Positions 38,891-50,559 of a stretch of DNA of 64,000 bases are shown in pieces (positions within the stretch are counted from its first letter, which is position 1; each line of letters opens with the position of its first letter). The notes under the pieces are model-generated. The model was given only the letters and a program-made list of their open reading frames with translations, was not told the origin of the DNA and did no database searches. The stretch is from Octopus sinensis (taxonomy: Eukaryota), in contig NC_043006.1 of assembly GCF_006345805.1 (NCBI RefSeq), positions 68,572,001-68,636,000 on the forward strand, given 5' to 3'. The position numbers and the translations under genes are program-made.

Positions 38891-39759
38891 TAACATTGAA
38901 AAATACCTTAGGAATGAGAACCTAGGTTTGAAATTTCCTCAAGACACCTGATGAAGGCTAGAGGGTATATCAGCCAAAATGTTGTGTTAACAACAAACAA
39001 GATGAGGACAAATATCCATTAAACGTAAATAATGTACATAATTCCTCATCTCTTAAATATGGGACAGTATTTGAACATTGGGGCTCGCAAAGGTAATATC
39101 AAAAGACTGATACCTTTGGTGCTATGCTATGATTGAGAAGATACTGCAAGTAAAGTGAGATCGCAGCTGTGGCTGATGCCAGTGTCACATGAGCAGCCCA
39201 TTTAAAAGCAGCCTTGAATTGTTGGGTGATATGCTATGCTTTTATAAGACCTGTTGAGTCAAGTGAAATCGTAGTTGTGGCTGATGCTAATGCCACCTGA
39301 CTGTCTCCCGTGCTGGTGGCACATATGCACCATTCGAACGTGGGTCGATGCCAGTGCCACCTGACTGGTTCCTGTGCTGGTGGCATGTAAAAAGCACCAT
39401 CAGAACGTGGTCGATGCCAGTGCTGTCTGGCTGGGTCCCCATGTTGGTGGCATATAAAAAGCACCATTCAAATGTGGATGATGTTACTATCCTCTGACTG
39501 GTTCCCATGCTGGGGGCATGTAAAAAGCACCATCTGAACATGGTTGATGCCAGTGCTGCCTGGCTGGCTCCCATGCCAGTGGCACGTAAAAAGCACCCAC
39601 TACACTCTCAGAGTGGTTGGCATTAGGAAGGGCATTCAGCAGTACAAACCTTGCGAGATAACATTGAAGCCTGGTGGAACCTACTGGCTAGCCAGTCCTC
39701 AGTCAAACCGTCCAACCAATGCCAGCATGGAAAAACGGATGTTAAACGATAATGATGAT
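37715..39759 (+). mobile_element. 5'-truncated RTE LINE (RT C-half plus 3' UTR), interrupted at 38633-39068
   Basis: WELLYNDD, LRVNLAKTKVL, PHD-like insert, VDSFRYLGD, GSETRT, YGHVLHM and GRGRLRKTWDE; the ORF end resumes at about 39081, then UTR repeats and a (GAT)n tail. Confidence 0.9.
38633..39068. mobile_element. Head-to-head Penelope-like non-autonomous insertion with hammerhead-like cores
   Basis: 12-bp TSD atttgaacattg (38621-38632 and 39069-39080); inverted arms; CTGATGA cores at 38948-38954 (+) and 38713-38719 (-). Confidence 0.7.
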
Positions 39760-40116
39760 ATATATATATATAAAACCAGTTAGTTTTATATATGGTCATT
39801 ACATATTTTTCCTTTATTGGAGCAAATTTGGCTTACATCTGTTTCCAGTTATCATTATAGGTACATTACTGATAGGTTTACGCAGTTAGTCTATTGATCA
39901 ATTGAGAAAAATTGAACGACCTAAGAAAATTAATGCTACTTTCATCAGAGCCATTTCTGGTTTTGAAATGAGTAAATCTATTACTACTATCAGCAATGTA
40001 CCCATAATGATAACTGGAAACAGCTGTAAGCCAAATTTACTCTAATAAAGAAAAATATATAATGACCATTATACTTTGTCTTATATATGTATATGTGTGT
40101 GTGTGTGTGTGTGCAT

Positions 40117-40165
<49 letters not shown>

Positions 40166-40614
40166 CAGAGAGAGAGAGAGAAGGAGAGAGAGAGAAAGAA
40201 ACTTTACTGTAATAAGGTTGACAAACAAGTTACATGAGTAAACAATACAATAAAAGAAAAGGTGATGTAAAGAGTGGAAAATATTACTCAGAATATTTCT
40301 GATATAAAAAGCAGCAGTAAATTCAGATAAAGAAACAAGGAAAATAAAAGGCATAGTTTAAAGAATGAGACAAAGTTGATTGTGTGAGTCACAGCGGTAA
40401 AGATATTGTTACAAGTTTAGTTCTGTAGGTTTTGGATTTTCCCAATAATTTCACAGTTGTCTTTTTTTTTTACTTATGGGAAAATTTGATCTCTTCCTCC
40501 TCTATCTACCTACCGTACCTACTACCTACTTTCCTATCTAGTGTGTGTGTGTAAATACAGGGAGAGAGAGAGAGAGAGAAAGAGAGAGGGAGAAAGAGGG
40601 ACCATGTGCATGAG

Positions 40615-40654
<40 letters not shown>

Positions 40655-41289
40655 CACACAAGCACATTGTGTTATCTATGTGTGTGTGTGTGTTATTTAC
40701 CTAAGCTCATTTTAGTTTAAATTATTTAAATTGCTTGACGCCATAAACATTTTCTGTGTATATCTATGTCTTATGTCTTGTTGAAGTCAAGATAGGACAA
40801 GTGCTGTGTTGATGTCACTGATTGAGACAGGCACATTTGCTGGCAGCTGTCATCTTTCTCGAATAAAACAGACTGTCTTTTCTTACATGGTATGTTTGTT
40901 CCAAACACTTGTTGACTTTTTGAAATCATCTCCACTTCTTAGTCAGAGTCTGTCACAACTGCCGTCAGGTGTTTGTTTACTTTCTCACAAAACAAAAATA
41001 ATTTCATAAACCAGGAATGTTATATGGCATTTAGTATATCATTCCCCACCCCCCATATATATGCATACATATATATATATTTGTTTCGTCATTCATACGT
41101 GCCATCCTTGCTACAGTCACCCATCTTTTTTTTAAACAAGTTTTGTCTAGCGAATGTTCCAAAAAAAGATGGGTGAATGCAGCAAGGATGGCATGTATGA
41201 ATGACGAAACCTTGAGCATAATCCTATGAACCCAGAAAAATTTTAAACAGAGGGTTACCTACTTGCAAACAAATGTGTTAACATGTGAA

Positions 41290-41545
41290 ATTATTGACTG
41301 AGGTTACTGTGGTCTTTTCTGTAGGCTTTTCTTTCCACAGATAAACCCTATCTGCTTCCCCCTTTATACTTTACATCATGACATACTGTGATACACGATC
41401 CCTATTGATCGTTTTTTTTCTTTTCTTTCCCTTTTACGATCCCTTTTGATCAAAAACCTACCCCACTTTTTTTTTCTCCCCATAAAGAAAAGCTCTACTT
41501 TGTAATCTGTCCCGTCTGTGTGCAGCCCTATGTGGCTAATAAAGA
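41290..41545 (+). mobile_element. Possible L1/Tx1-like LINE 3' UTR
   Basis: Pyrimidine-rich tract ending cagccctatgtggctaataaagaaa; resemblance only. Confidence 0.35.
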
Positions 41546-42382
41546 AACATATACATTTATAAGTTTGTATGTATTGGGAGCAGCTATTCTTTTATATGTT
41601 TCATTAAATACACAACTATGTCCAAGCTTTATCTGTTTTATTTTATATTTTTCATATTTTCTTATTAGCTTTTTACAGTTGGTTTGGAACAGTAGAGTAC
41701 CTAAATCTGTATTTAACATTTCTAGAACTTCACAGTCACAAAATCAAGAATTGAATAGAATATATTAGGCATTTGTGTTGTTTCTTATACACTGATTGAA
41801 TTTGTGTAGACACTTTCCTGCTTCAGCAGTCATGTGCTTATTTGTCGAAATTAAATTTTGACAATTAAATTTTTTTGTTGTTTTTTTTTTGGATGCCAGT
41901 AGCAAAATGTTAATTTTTCTTTATTGTTTTTGCAAGTAAATTTTGGCATTATAATGCAATAAGAGTATGGTTTCCAAGGTCTTCCCTTTGTGTTAAATTT
42001 TATAAAGTATGTAACTACTTTCCTCTATTGTTTTCCTATATAATTTCATTTTATGGTGTGTAATGTAATGTTGTGCAACATGTGAATAGTAAGCCTTTGT
42101 GAGAATGTTGTACATACATACAGATGTGTATATGTGTGTGAGTATGTGTAATGGTCAGAAGTGAAATGTAAATAAATATGTGCATTTGTCTGTATGTCAG
42201 CATCACCAGGAATGTAACAGTTTGTATGTTGATGGTTGATAAGTTGAGAAGACTGCATATTTGATTTTTCTAATATCGGATCATTAAAAGTAACAGGTGG
42301 TAGGATGTATGGTGGACGTTAGATCACTAAGAAAGATAAACTGAAGGAAGAAAATAATAGATGAAATTACTTTTATTTTAAT

Positions 42383-42620
42383 CAAAGCACCAACCGATTG
42401 TGGCCATTGCCAGCCTCGCCTGGCACCTGTGCTGGTGTCTTGTAAAAAGCACCCACTACACTCATGGAGTGGTTGGTGTTAGGAAGAGCATCCAGCTGTA
42501 GAAACACTGCCAGATCAGACTGGAGCCTGGTACAGCCTCCTGGTTCCCAGACTCTGGTCAAGCCGTCCAACCCATGCTAGCATGGAAAACGGACGTTAAA
42601 TGATGATGATGATGATGATG
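42383..42620 (+). mobile_element. RTE 3' tail
   Basis: aaaaagcacccactacactc..ggaagagcatccagctgtagaaac..(GAT)n. Confidence 0.85.
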
Positions 42621-43207
42621 AATATAAAACAACTGCTTCAGGTTGTAGTTGTATTGTATAAAGATTAGTAAAAATTCTATTGTTCATCTGTAGGTGACTA
42701 CTAAGGAATGGAGGGAAGGAGAGAGGAAGAGTTAGAGAATTTATCTCTGGGTTGATAAATGGAAAGAGAGTAAGGGTTGTATTGTCACTTGTTGATATAC
42801 CATGAATGAAGAGAGTGAATGGAGATAGATAGATGCTCCTTTAGCAAGGGTGCAAGGGGTACGGGTGGAGGAAAAGAAGCTTCTCTGGCAAATGCTGGAT
42901 ATGAAAAGAGAGTGCACCTTTGGCAAAGATGCTGAACAAAAGAGGAAGAATTCTATTTACTGTGTTCTGAATTTATACATGTTGAACATTAGAAATAGAT
43001 TGGAGAACAAATAAAGGCTAATGCATCTATCTCTGTTGAAATGAATTTAACCAAAGGATTTCCAAGGAAACAATAAGATTTATCTAAGTATGACAGTTAA
43101 TTCTTATAAATTTCCGAGTTTAAAATGCTGAGAACAACAGAGAGGAATGCACAGAAAAATCTAAACTAAGGTTTTGATTCCTGGCTAAGAATCCCGGAAA
43201 CAAAGGA

Positions 43208-43648
43208 TTAACCCTTTAACATTCAACCCAGTCAAAATATTTAACCCTTTTGTTACCAACCCGGCTGAAACTGGCTCTGGCTCTGTTGTACAAATGTCTT
43301 GTTTTCTTAAAGTTTTAATTAAAATCTTCCACCAAACTTTAGTCACAAATTATGTTCCTAACACTAGCTGAATGATAACTAAGTTATTTTACTAAATTCT
43401 TTGTTATATTTAAAGTAATTGAAAGAAACACAGAACATCTCAATATAAATACAGTAATGAAAGGGTTAACTGGTTTTAATTTAAACTAGTAGATTTGGCC
43501 TCTCACTTCATCCCTAAAATGTCATTCTGAAACTAGGCAATGACATCATTGACATCTCTTAAATACAAGATAATGCATAATTAATTTAAAGCAATATAAA
43601 TAAACAAACATTACATTTGACAAAATAATCTGAATACAAAAGGGCTAA
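43208..43648. mobile_element. Nested piggyBac-like MITEs (family E at 43241-43469 inside family F)
   Basis: Both have TTAA-CCCTTT...AAAGGG termini; the inner element is flanked by TTAA on both sides. Confidence 0.85.
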
Positions 43649-44075
43649 ACTAAAGCAGCCATCTATATATCATAACTAATGTAAATATATTACTGAAAGG
43701 AAAATTAATGGTGTTATTCATATAGAGGCAATCCTCTGTATCAGTTAACTAATTAAATGTGTCTACAACAAATGCAATCCACCCTGGATAATTGCTGCCT
43801 GGACAATTTCTCCAATTAAGTGTAACTTAAGGAAAAGTACAACTATGGGTGTGCAAATAAATACTAATAAAACTAATTACAGTTTTATTTACATGCTTTT
43901 ATCTATTATCCAAACTATATTGGTGCAGGCAAAGCTGTGTGGTTAAGAAGTTTACTTCCTAACCACATGTCTCCAGGGTTCAGTCACACTGCATGATACC
44001 TTGGGTAAGTGTCTTCTGCTGAAGCCCTGGGCTGACTAAAGCTCTGTCAGTGGAATTGTTAAAAGAAGCCCATCA

Positions 44076-44463
44076 GCGTAGGAGTGGCTGTGTGGTAAGT
44101 AGCTTGTTTACGAACCACATGGTTCAGGGTTCAGTCCCACTGCGTGGCACCTTGGGCAAGAGTCTTCTAATATAGCCTCGGGCCTTGTGAGTGGATTTGG
44201 TAGATGGAAACTGAAAGAAGCCTGTCGTATATATGTATATATATATATGTGTATGTATATGTTTGTGTGTCTGTGTTTGTCCCCCAACATCACTTGACAA
44301 CCGATGCTGGTGTGTTTACGTCCCCGTAACTTAGCGGTTCGGCAAAAGAGACTGGTAGAATAAGTACTAGGCTTACAAAGAATAAGTCCTGGGGTTGATT
44401 TGCTCGACTAAAGGCGGTGCTCCAGCATGACCACAGTCAAATGACTGAAACAAGTAAAGAGTA
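44076..44463 (+). mobile_element. Full-length CORE SINE family A, preceded by a partial copy at 43925-44075
   Basis: ggagtggctgtgtggtaag A-box, gggttcagtccc B-box, ccttgggcaag CORE, gtaaagagt tail. Confidence 0.9.
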
Positions 44464-44695
44464 TATATGTATGTATGTGTGTATATATGTGTGTGCGTGT
44501 GTGTGTCATTTCCCCTGCTTGACAAATGGTGTTGGTTTGTTTGTATGCCTGCAACTTTGTGGCTTGGCAAAAGGAGACTGATAGGCCTAAAAAAAAGTAC
44601 TGGTTCGGTTCGTTCGACTTCAAGGTGTTGCTTCAAAATGGCCAGTCTAATGACTGAAGCAGGGAAAGTTAAAAGACATATTTTTATATCAATAT

Positions 44696-45118
44696 AATTC
44701 GTTTCTTTACTACCCACAAGGGGCTAAAGACAGAGGGGACAAACAAGGATAGACAAATGGATTAAGTCGATTACATCGGCCCCAGTGCGTAACTGGTACT
44801 TAATTTATCGACTCCGAAAGGATGAAAGGCAAAGTCGACCTCGGCGGAATTTGAACTCAGAACGTAACGGCAGACGAAATACCTATTTCTTTACTGCCTA
44901 CAAGGGGTTAAACACAGAGGGTACAAACAAGGACAGACAAACGGATTAAGCCGATTATACCGACCCCAGTGCATAACTGGTACTTATTTAATCGACCCCA
45001 AAAGGATGAAAGGCAAAGTCGAACTCGGCGGAATTTGAACTCAGAACGTAACGGCAGACGAAATACCGCTAAGCATTTCACCCGGCGTGCTAACGTTTCT
45101 GCCAGCTCGCCGCCTTTT
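44696..45118 (-). mobile_element. Family B SINE with 184-bp tandem duplication
   Basis: tttctttact.cc.acaagggg begins at both 44702 and 44886; only the right unit has the complete head. Confidence 0.9.
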
Positions 45119-45124
45119 TTAACC

Positions 45125-45290
45125 TGGAAAACCTTTACCCACCTAGAGTCCTACACACGAACCATTTTTTATGTTGTAAACTGGGACCGCCACCTGGAAC
45201 AGTCTGTCAAACAGTGTGGTCGCAGCTCCATCAGTCAATGCCTTCAAGAACAGGCTTGACGCACACTGTAGGGAGCTTCCTGCAAAATTT
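45125..45290 (+). pseudogene. CR1/L2-like LINE ORF2 C-terminal relic
   Basis: WNSLSNSVVAAPSVNAFKNRLDAH matches the WN.LP..VV.A.S...FK.RLD tail motif. Confidence 0.75.
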
Positions 45291-45856
45291 GACCCTGTCT
45301 GTTACTATTAGCTACAACTGTCGAAGTGTTGTACTACACATGATAAATTAATTGTACTAATGGAAAAGGACCTGTGAACAAGCTCCTAGGGGCTTCAATA
45401 CGGAAAGTATCCAGTATCAAAAATACACAAGAAATGGGTGACGAATTTAGAAATTAGCAAAGGCTGGAAAAGGGGAGGTTATAGTATGATTGCTTCATAA
45501 ATGCAAGAGTAACTTCCCTTGCTTGTATTCTAGCCTCAGCGGGTGTGCACTGTACCAGTTGGTTACGGTGGCAGAAAAGAGAATAAATGTCCGAAGAGGA
45601 GACTGACTGAAGTATCTGCGCGCCCCGACACGCATATATGCAGATTGATATGCAATTTACTGTTGTTAAATAGTGAAAATAAATTATACTAAAAAAATGT
45701 GAAGACATTACGATAAAAACCAGAGGCGACGACAGTGATATACCAAAATTTCATAAAACACATTTAGTATAGGATGGGTGGGGTTCCTTCGTGGGTTTCG
45801 GCAACTTCTATGTCCATGAAGCTGTCAACCATTCACTCGGTTATGTTGCTACAAAT

Positions 45857-46062
45857 CAGTGGTTTTTAACAGGGCTCCACACAAGATTTGGTTGTTGAAA
45901 TTTAATTGCAATAAATTGGTTATACTTGTACAATGCACCAAATATTTTATCAGTTTTAAAATACAATTCTTAATAATGTTTAATTATAGAAATATAAAAA
46001 AAAACAAGTAAAATAGGAATGAATGGGTCCATAGGTAAAAAAAAATGGTCGAGAAGCATAAA
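45857..46062. mobile_element. hAT-like MITE
   Basis: cagtggtttttaac start and gggtccataggtaaaa..ggtcgagaa end, shared with 54752-55246. Confidence 0.6.
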
Positions 46063-46197
46063 CAGTGACAGCATCCATACAGACTATAGAAGCACCCACG
46101 GTTAATCTCAATTGTATTATAGAAAATTGGATGAAACAGAGAACACAATTGAAAAGGAAAAAAGGTAAAAAAGAGAAAGGAAAAAGAGAATAACCTC

Positions 46198-46609
46198 TAG
46201 TTTAGGACCGGTCAGAAAAATGGAAAAAAAATAGTGTAATAGGTGTAAAATAATGTGTAGTAAACATGAAAAAAAAAAATGCGCTCTGATGAACGGGAGG
46301 GTGGGGAGAGGACTCGGAAAATTCACACATCTGGTAACCCAACTTTGACACACGGTCACCAAAACAAAAACGAAAATAAAAAAGCAATCAAGTGTAATAG
46401 GTATAAAATAATGTGTAGACGAATTCAGAAAACACATTTGCGCCGACGAACGGGGGTGGGGTGGGGAGAGGACTCGAAAAATTCACTCTTTTCCTCACCC
46501 ACCCCGTTCGTCAGCGCAATTTTTTTATATTCGTTTACTACACATTATATTACACCTATTCCACTATTTTCTTTTTCTTTTTTCATTTTTGTGACCGGAT
46601 CCCAAACTA
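46198..46609. mobile_element. Fold-back element made of a ~130-bp unit arranged direct-direct-inverted
   Basis: Termini tagtttaggaccggtca / tgaccggatcccaaacta; the unit aataggtgtaaaataatgtgtag..gacgaacggg occurs three times. Confidence 0.8.
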
Positions 46610-48850
46610 AAAATTAGCCGCATCCACAGCCTCCAGAAGGCCGATGGATGTTTGCCAAGAGACTTAGGCGACAATGTGAGAGTAGCGATGATTTTCTTAC
46701 ATCATATCGCCATGTGTTATAATGTAAATGTGATTGTTTTTCACTTGTACGTTTTTCATGTTTTCATAAATATATGAACGTTTATGTATTGGATACATTG
46801 GTGCTTCACAGAATGTTTACCTGAAATTAGGGGATGTCACTGTCGCTACTTCCGGTTTCTATTGCAATATACATTTTTTTAGGGCTAATTTACTTTCACT
46901 ATTTTACGGTAGTAAACTGCATGTCAAAATATATACACATACGTATCTAAACACACGTGTATACACGTACACACACACACACAAATACATTCCTTTATTG
47001 TGTTTCTCGTTTCACCCATTGGGTTGTGACCATACTGGAGCACTAGCATTTAAAGCTCATTTGATTTCATCAACCTGTGTATTGCTTTCAGTGTTCTGGA
47101 ACTTATTTTATCGATAAACTCTTGTTCACTGAACAGCTAAGTTATGGAATAGCAAGGCACACAGTACAAACAACAGCAGTTTTAGACCAACTTAAGCAAA
47201 CACACTATATATAGGCTACACACACACACACAAACACGTTTACCAATTTCTACTCAGAAGGTATTGGTTAAGACAAGGCTATGGTAGAAATCATTTTGAC
47301 TATGGAACCATATAGTGGAATCAAACACGCATCAATGTGGTTGCGAACCAAACTCCTTAATTATACATCTATGCCCCTGTTATATGGTCAGGTTGTCAGC
47401 AACTAAACTGGCACCTCCACCAAGCTAGTCTGGTAAGGAGGGTTACTAGAAACCCAGCAGGACTTAAAAACAAGGCCTGTCAATAGGACCTATGAACCAA
47501 GTATAGGTTCACTCAGAAATTTGGGGTTGCTGTCAGGCATGATGAAAGACCACTGGGAGTGAAGCATCCTTTAGCTTTCGCTGAAGCATGTCTCTATGAG
47601 AAGGTGACTGATATAAAACCGGATATGCAGGAAATGGCATTGGACATTTTGAGGAACTTTGCTTGCACTTGAGATCGGGGTGCTCCCACATTTCTGAGCC
47701 TGTGACCCATATTGGCACTAAATATCTTGCCTTTGAATTTTTGCTGGATCATATCAATAGGAGGGAGAGGGTCTGTGAGGTGTTGTGCAAACCTTATTGG
47801 ACCTAAAACTTTGCACAGGCATTGCTTTGTCAGTGATGGTCATACTTACCTCCAAGTTGACAGCCATCATATGTATATTAATATACATATATATTTACAC
47901 ACACACACATATCTGATGACTTTTTATATGTGCGTGTGCATATACTCTCACAACAATTTTGTCTAGATAATATTAATATAGACAGATTAATGAAGAATCA
48001 ATCAATACAAAATCAATAAAATATTTTTACATACCTTTCTATATATAACAATCATCAATATACTATAACTGGCCACTGACAAGAGAACGGCTACATATAA
48101 AACTCTCTACTATAGTTGTATGCCTATGTTTATCTTGACAACTATGTCGATATGGTCCGAATGGGCCATATAACTGGATGATGGCAAGGCCAAATATATA
48201 AGATCTAATTCTGCCACTATCTTCTCTAGTATTTTAATTCCAGGGACACCTACAACACATTTAGCTTAATATGACCATCCTATTACATACCCATTCACAC
48301 AACTACAGTCATCTTTTCAGTAAACGCACACACACACATCAACTGATGACTTTAATTCACCATCATTCCTTCCTTCCCTCTCTCTCTCTCTCTGTTTTAT
48401 TTGTGCTCCATCTTTTCTATAAGTCAACATTACACATCTGGCCAGGTTTCATTACTGACCCCTTTCAGATTTAGTACAATATATTGCTTCTGTCTCAAGT
48501 TGCTTTTTGTAAATGTATTGTCAATATCTTTAAAAAAATCTTACTCAAAAAGAAAAATCTTGAGATGAATCTATGATATTTTTTATGTTACACTGTGTGT
48601 GGATATATACTTTTATATAATTAAGTAGTATATTTCTGGTTATGCCATGTAACAAGTCAAGAAGTTACCATGAGTTTCACATCTACAATTGCAATTTCCA
48701 AGAGCAATAGCAGACATAAAACCAATGCTAAATTTCTGCCATAACCAGGAATACACTACTCAACAATATAGAAGTGTAACTGCTCAAACTCTGTTTTAGA
48801 GTGTTTGTTTTTACTTATGAAAAACTGGCTGACACATATATGTATATATA

Positions 48851-48900
48851 CAGTAGTACCTTGGTTTTTGAACAACTCTGATCACAAATAAATCGTGCTT

Positions 48901-48936
<36 letters not shown>

Positions 48937-48997
48937 ATGTGTGTATTAAGCATGATTTATTCATGAACTGAGGTGTTCAAAAACCAAGGTACTACTG
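48851..48997. mobile_element. Palindromic Tigger-like MITE with central (TA)n
   Basis: Perfect 24-bp TIRs cagtagtaccttggtttttgaaca / tgttcaaaaaccaaggtactactg; the inner arms also pair. Confidence 0.85.
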
Positions 48998-50559
48998 TGT
49001 GTGTGTATCTATATATATATATATATCAATTGGTTTGGATCATGTTGATTGTAGTTATTAGCTTGGTAGCTTTCAACATGTAACTGGCTTGTAGTTTACA
49101 CTATCGGAGCACTGATAGATAAATAAATAAATTAATCAATGGACACTATTCTTATTGTATCATTCCATTATAGGATTAAGAACGATTATTTAATGATATC
49201 AGGCACTCCACAACTCCAATTTCAATAGTAACAGTTGTGGCTATCTGAAATTGTATAAAGGAGAATTTCTCCAGTGCAAACATAAGTTTTAGACGAACAG
49301 AAAATCCGAAAGGTTTATTTTCATCACGGAATATAAATAATAAATGAAGAACAGAAAGTGGTTGTGAAGCAAACTTCTTATGACACAGTCATGTCTGCAC
49401 CTGTATCTAAGTGGTTAACAATTTATGTGTGAATATAATAAAAGGAGGCAACAGTTACTTAGCCTCATAAAAGTCAGTGTTTAGAAACATTTAGAATGAA
49501 TGCAAGTGTTTAGGAGTATTTTGAATAAATGGAAGTATTTAGATTTATTGAGAACAGGTGAAAGTGTTAGAACCATTTAGAACAGGTGTGAGTGGTAGAA
49601 TCATTCACAATATGTGAAAAATTATAAAACTAAAATACAAAAAAAAAAAAATAGTTGGGGGAGAGAGAAACTATTTCTTTCTTTCTTTCTGATTTTTCGG
49701 GTTTTTTTTTTATTCATGCACCAACACACATACAAATACAGGCATACAAAGACAAACACAAGTACAGGCACACATGCATGCATACATGCATGCGCGCATA
49801 CACACACACAGATAGAGGCACCGAAATACACATTTACTACACCACCCAAACTCTACACTCAACTATATGCACATGCATACAAAAGAATACCAGCTTCAAC
49901 ACACACACACACACACACACACAGACACCACACCACACACTCACCCAACATCTCCTCCATCGATGGTACAGTACATTTTGCTTTATTGGGAGATGGGAAT
50001 GGAGTGGGACGTTGAGAGAGAGAGGGAGAACGAGAGGTGGAGTGGGGGGTTGGGTGATAGGGTTGGTTAGAGGGAATGGAGGTATGGGGAGGTGAGGAAA
50101 AGCTTCTAAAATAATTACATTTGAAAATCTGTGAAAATGGTGAATTTAAATGTAAGGAGCAGTTCTCCGCCAATGTGCAGAGTAGCGTTTGTGGTGGTGA
50201 GGGGAGAGCGAGTGAAGAGTCATTGATTTAGAAATTGGCTAGTATGGCAGTATTAGACAAAATGCCTTTCAGTATTTGTTTTAGTTCTATGTTTGTGTTC
50301 AAATCCCACCTAAGTACCCCTCTCTCAAATTTATAGGCCTTGTGCCTAAATTAGAAACATTATTATTATTATTAACAATAGAGAGTTTGAAACATTATTA
50401 TTACTAATAATAGTTCAAATGCTGCTGTGTTCAACTTTTTGTCTTTCATCCTTTTGAGGTCAATAAAATAAGTACCAATCAAGTACTGGAGTCAATGTGA
50501 TTGATCAGCTCATTCCCTCAGAATTTCAGGCTTTAAGCCTGTAGTAGATAGGATTATTA

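Larger units (their letters stand above)
44700..46900. promoter_or_regulatory. CpG-retaining island, candidate promoter or regulatory region
   Basis: Hand counts: about 15 CpG in 45121-45720 and about 21 in 46081-46680, versus about 5 in 47881-48480; ETS-type CCGGAAGT on the minus strand at 46848-46855. Confidence 0.4.

Noticed and set aside
44076-44160. tRNA genes (A and B boxes here and in other SINE heads)
   Set aside because: The boxes run directly into CORE or Meta-like SINE bodies; no complete cloverleaf is evident.
46278-46330. Hammerhead-like CTGATGA-a-cggg..ctcg-GAAAATTC in the fold-back unit
   Set aside because: The core and stem II/III look plausible, but the flanks (gcgct and acaca) cannot form stem I, and the other units lack the full core.
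47844-47870. Minus-strand ATG ATG GCT GTC AAC TTG GAG|GTAAGT mini coding exon
   Set aside because: The donor is perfect, but upstream is TA/TG microsatellite with no acceptor or promoter evidence; a chance match is likely.
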